Assembly: GCA_964448115.1 (NCBI GenBank)
Contig: CAYUVA010000033.1
Coordinates: forward strand, 1 to 53,369
Reading direction: 5' to 3'
DNA: 53,369 nucleotides
From: an uncultured bacterium
Lineage (GTDB): Bacteria > CAYUVA01
Below, piece by piece: positions 50,157-53,369 of this stretch. A program made the translations under genes and the position numbers. The notes beneath the pieces were generated by a model. It worked only from the letters and a program-made list of their open reading frames with translations. It did no database searches and was not told the origin of the DNA. How positions within the stretch are numbered: position 1 is the first letter of the stretch; every line of letters starts with the position of its first letter.

Positions 50157-50404
50157 GATATTTGCAGGTAGGTTGTTTTACATTTTGATAAATAATTGAA
50201 ATAAGATTATTGAGATCTGTTCTCAAGGTCGTAGTTGTATCTTGGAATAGGATTTGAAATGTGGTATGGTAATAGTGAAAAAATTGGTATATATATTCAT
50301 GTTGGCTCGATTCGAGATCTTGACACAAGATAACGAAACAAAGGAATATAACCCGAAGTAGGTGGCATGAAATTTGTAGTTACTACCTGTGGTAGGGACA
50401 CATA

Positions 50405-51241
50405 ATGGAAAACCACAATACCAACAACGAGTATGACAGAAAGGCAGCCAGGATACTGGCTAAGATGAAGGCACTCGAAGGTCTTAAAAACAAGGTACCT
50501 CCCCATCATATCGCTAAATACGAGGAATACAAAACAAAGCTAGAGATTCAACTTATCGACCTAATGTACCAAGAAACCGAGGAGATCTGGGGGGCTGTCC
50601 AGAGCGATGAAAAAGCTAAGCTCAGAAAAAAGGAAATCGAGCAACAGAACTTCGGTCATATCCTTGATGATCCCAATCTTACAATCGATAGGTTAGTGAG
50701 TATCATCGGCCGCATCGCTAACAGCGCGCATTTGAATGCTATCGCATACCACGAGAAATGGCGCTTTGTAAAGCAAGCAAGGATGGAGCTTATTAGAAAT
50801 CCAGACCTGCCGGTCATCACCGCCAACTCGATTATCAAACTCATGACCATCAAAGAGGTGCGCCATCTGCTCGATGATGGTAATGTAAAACCCTCCATGA
50901 AGAAACTGTTAAAAATCCAACTAAAGAAGCTTCAACTCAAGGAGCTTACTCCAGAACAGGTTACAGCCAAAACCGAACCCAACGGCGCTGAGTCGCGCAA
51001 GATATCGTTGCTTGCTGACCTGGTAAGGAGAGATGATACAAGTGAAAATATAATCTTGACCCTGGCTGAGAACGCCAATATTTCATCTAAGATACTTTTA
51101 ATGATTGCACGAAATGAACGATGGATTAGCAACATAAAGGTCAAAAAAGCTCTGATAAGAAATCCCAACACCCCAGAAAGGGTCAAGAGCTATCTTTTGA
51201 CCACGCTCGATCCTGATGAACGGGATATGCTATTTGATTGA
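50405..51241 (+). CDS. Hypothetical helical-repeat protein (LRV/HEAT-like motifs)
   Basis: Two similar segments ending 'W.....R.ELIRNPDLP' and 'W.....K.ALIRNPNTP'. Confidence 0.6.
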   Translation: MENHNTNNEYDRKAARILAKMKALEGLKNKVPPHHIAKYEEYKTKLEIQLIDLMYQETEEIWGAVQSDEKAKLRKKEIEQQNFGHILDDPNLTIDRLVSIIGRIANSAHLNAIAYHEKWRFVKQARMELIRNPDLPVITANSIIKLMTIKEVRHLLDDGNVKPSMKKLLKIQLKKLQLKELTPEQVTAKTEPNGAESRKISLLADLVRRDDTSENIILTLAENANISSKILLMIARNERWISNIKVKKALIRNPNTPERVKSYLLTTLDPDERDMLFD

Positions 51242-51297
51242 TTAACTCCGCCAGGCGATACTATATAAACAACCCTTTATATCAGGGAGTCTTGTTG

Positions 51298-52323
51298 ATG
51301 AGATTATCCCATCAGTTCACCCTCTTAATTTTGCTCTCCATTGCTTTGGCTTTATGTAGCAACATGCCTAGCATGGCGCTGGAGCTAACCGATGAGCTGG
51401 GAAGGGAGATCGAACTTGAGGGCGTGCCTGAGCGCCTGGTTTCCCTTGCACCCAATATAACCGAGATCATCTTCGCTCTTGGAGTGGGAGACAGATTAGT
51501 AGGCGTTACCGAGTACTGCAATTATCCACCGCAGGCAAAGAAGATAAAAAGCATCGGCGGTTTCATCGATCCTAACCTGGAGCTTATCCTTACCCTCAAG
51601 CCTGACCTTATCATCGGAACGGCAGATGGAAATTACCGATGGATGATTCAACGCATGGAGAAGGTGGGACTGAAGGTATATATCATAAATCCATCCAACT
51701 TTTCACAGCTTTTTTCTACCATAAGGGACATGGGATCATTGCTTGGAGTAAAGGAGGCTGGTGCCAGGCTTGCTGATTCATTAAAAAGGCGGATGGACAG
51801 GATCGCTGCCTCGGTCAAGGAGAATATAGGCAGTTCAAAGCCGACCGTATTTCTTCAGATCAGCCATCAGCCACTCGTAACCGCTAGCGATGGGACAATG
51901 GTAAATACGCTTATAGAGAAAGCCGGTGGGATAAATATCGCAAAAGGCTTGGATGTGAGATATCCGCAGTTCTCAATTGAGGAGGTGCTAAGGAGAAACC
52001 CGGATATCATTCTGGTCATGGGGAATAACAATGAACAACAAAAGAACTTGGCTGTGAAAAAATGGGAAGAATACAAGGAGATCAATGCTGTAAAAAATGG
52101 ACAGATTTTTATGATCGACCAAGATATTTATTCACGAACCAGCCCCCGATGCCTAGACGCCTTGCAGGAGCTACATTACATATTCTTGGAGTGCAAAAAG
52201 ACAAATAATGGCACATACATGTTTCTTAATCTGAGTAAGGGCGATATTGCTGCACTTTCCTTGAGTGATAATCGAATTATTCGCCGAAGCGGGGATGGTC
52301 ATCGGATAAAAGCACTTCCTTGA
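51298..52323 (+). CDS. btuF: BtuF-like cobalamin/iron-siderophore periplasmic binding protein
   Basis: 'D.LGR.I.L...PERLVSLAPNITEIIFALG.GDRLVGVT.YC.YP', 'PNLE.I..LKPDL', 'NPDII'. Confidence 0.85.
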   Translation: MRLSHQFTLLILLSIALALCSNMPSMALELTDELGREIELEGVPERLVSLAPNITEIIFALGVGDRLVGVTEYCNYPPQAKKIKSIGGFIDPNLELILTLKPDLIIGTADGNYRWMIQRMEKVGLKVYIINPSNFSQLFSTIRDMGSLLGVKEAGARLADSLKRRMDRIAASVKENIGSSKPTVFLQISHQPLVTASDGTMVNTLIEKAGGINIAKGLDVRYPQFSIEEVLRRNPDIILVMGNNNEQQKNLAVKKWEEYKEINAVKNGQIFMIDQDIYSRTSPRCLDALQELHYIFLECKKTNNGTYMFLNLSKGDIAALSLSDNRIIRRSGDGHRIKALP

Positions 52324-53369
52324 GTAGAGACTTGTCCTTGTCCCTGAAGGCGGCGATGATCTGCTTATACAAGCCGGCTGCGTTTCTTCCGCAGATATCG
52401 GTGCTCAGCCTCTTGGCACCCTCGGAGTACTTTATGCCAAACAGCCCGAAGCGAGGCTCGAAGCTGCCCCACTCGTAGTTGTCGGTCAGGGACCAGTAGT
52501 AATACCCGCCCAGCTTCACGCCCTGGTTCATGGTGCGCAGCAGCTCCAAGATGGTGCTCTTGAGAACCTGGTCCCGAAAAGCTCCATCATCTCTAGGCAC
52601 TCCTACATCGTTCACCCCGCGATAGCACATCCCGTTCTCCAGGACATGGATGGGCAAGCCTGCCGTGTTCCTCGCATAAGCTACGCTGAAGGTAGTGAAG
52701 CCCTCCGGCGCTACTCGCCACTCCCATGGCTTCTCGCGGAAACGGATGATGCGCGGGAAATCAAGCTCCATCAAGCCACCAACATAGGGATCATAGTAAT
52801 CGAAGGCGACAGTATCCACCCAGCGCTTGCGCTCGCTGCCATAGATGTGGTCGATACAGCAGGCGAAAGCCTTCTGCCCATAGCGAACCTTGTGCACCCA
52901 CTGCAGCATCTTCTCCACCGAGCGCCTGAGCTTGGGGGCGTTGCGATTTAGCCTTGCCGCATCGAGACCTTTGGCAAAATCATAAGCCTGCCGATGCAAA
53001 TAGCGATAGATGTCCCTTTTATCTATCCCATTCTCCTTTGCTAAGCAGATATCGAAGAGCATCTTGTCAACATAGTAGATCGCTGAACCCCAGGTGTTGA
53101 AGGTTATCATCGGCTCGTGCCAGTCATGCTGGCGGTAGATGCGCTTGATCTCTTCGTAGGCGAGCAGGTGCGTATAGAGCTGATTCTCCAGCGATGCGCG
53201 GTACTGCTTCAAGCCCCGCCCCTTCTCGCCGGCTGGGAAGTAGCTGAAAAGGTGCGCAGCCATGCTCAGCGTGAACGGCTCATTGAGCGATGTGAAATAA
53301 GGGATAGGCGCCACCTTGTGCTCATCGACCAGAAGCTGGTTGATCCTGGTTACAGCGAACCTTATGTAC
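52277..53369 (-). CDS. Glycoside hydrolase family 1, 5' part outside the window
   Basis: 'LNEP' acid/base, 'VLENG' nucleophile, 'YYWSLTDNYEWG....RFGL'. The frame is open to the window end. Confidence 0.88.
   Translation of the reverse strand, partial: YIRFAVTRINQLLVDEHKVAPIPYFTSLNEPFTLSMAAHLFSYFPAGEKGRGLKQYRASLENQLYTHLLAYEEIKRIYRQHDWHEPMITFNTWGSAIYYVDKMLFDICLAKENGIDKRDIYRYLHRQAYDFAKGLDAARLNRNAPKLRRSVEKMLQWVHKVRYGQKAFACCIDHIYGSERKRWVDTVAFDYYDPYVGGLMELDFPRIIRFREKPWEWRVAPEGFTTFSVAYARNTAGLPIHVLENGMCYRGVNDVGVPRDDGAFRDQVLKSTILELLRTMNQGVKLGGYYYWSLTDNYEWGSFEPRFGLFGIKYSEGAKRLSTDICGRNAAGLYKQIIAAFRDKDKSLLKEVLLSDDHPRFGE

Noticed and set aside
50160-50404. Cobalamin riboswitch upstream of the btuF-containing unit
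   Set aside because: No B12-box or conserved core was recognised in this AT-rich region.

Overview
A 53 kb chromosomal window from a diderm bacterium (TolC/RND/Tat genes; probably an uncultured MAG-type lineage, with one 100-N gap). Housekeeping genes are tRNA-Pro(UGG), hsp20-groEL, tatA/B-tatC, yggS, iscU/nifU-iscS/nifS, rng and btuF. They are interleaved with large secreted modular proteins carrying Pro/Thr linkers. Main observations: (1) a recurring ~100 aa 'AGYWDT...WPYL' module occurs five times in four unrelated secreted proteins, a candidate lineage-specific surface anchoring or sorting system. (2) A 6.7 kb integrase-less czcCBA-type island is bounded by a perfect 31 bp direct repeat that is the 3' end of a pilT gene, implying site-specific integration into pilT with the gene end restored. 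(3) A chromosomal NpmA/KamB-like 16S rRNA m1A1408 methyltransferase. (4) Three tandem PilT-family ATPases, one fused to ~560 aa of HEAT repeats. (5) A 2.1 kaa M6 protease/GH17 fusion. (6) A small secreted protein with consensus sigma70 and sigma54-like promoters and its own terminator. (7) An HspR (HAIR)-like operator before hsp20-groEL, with no adjacent groES. All family assignments are from motif recognition by eye; no searches were run.
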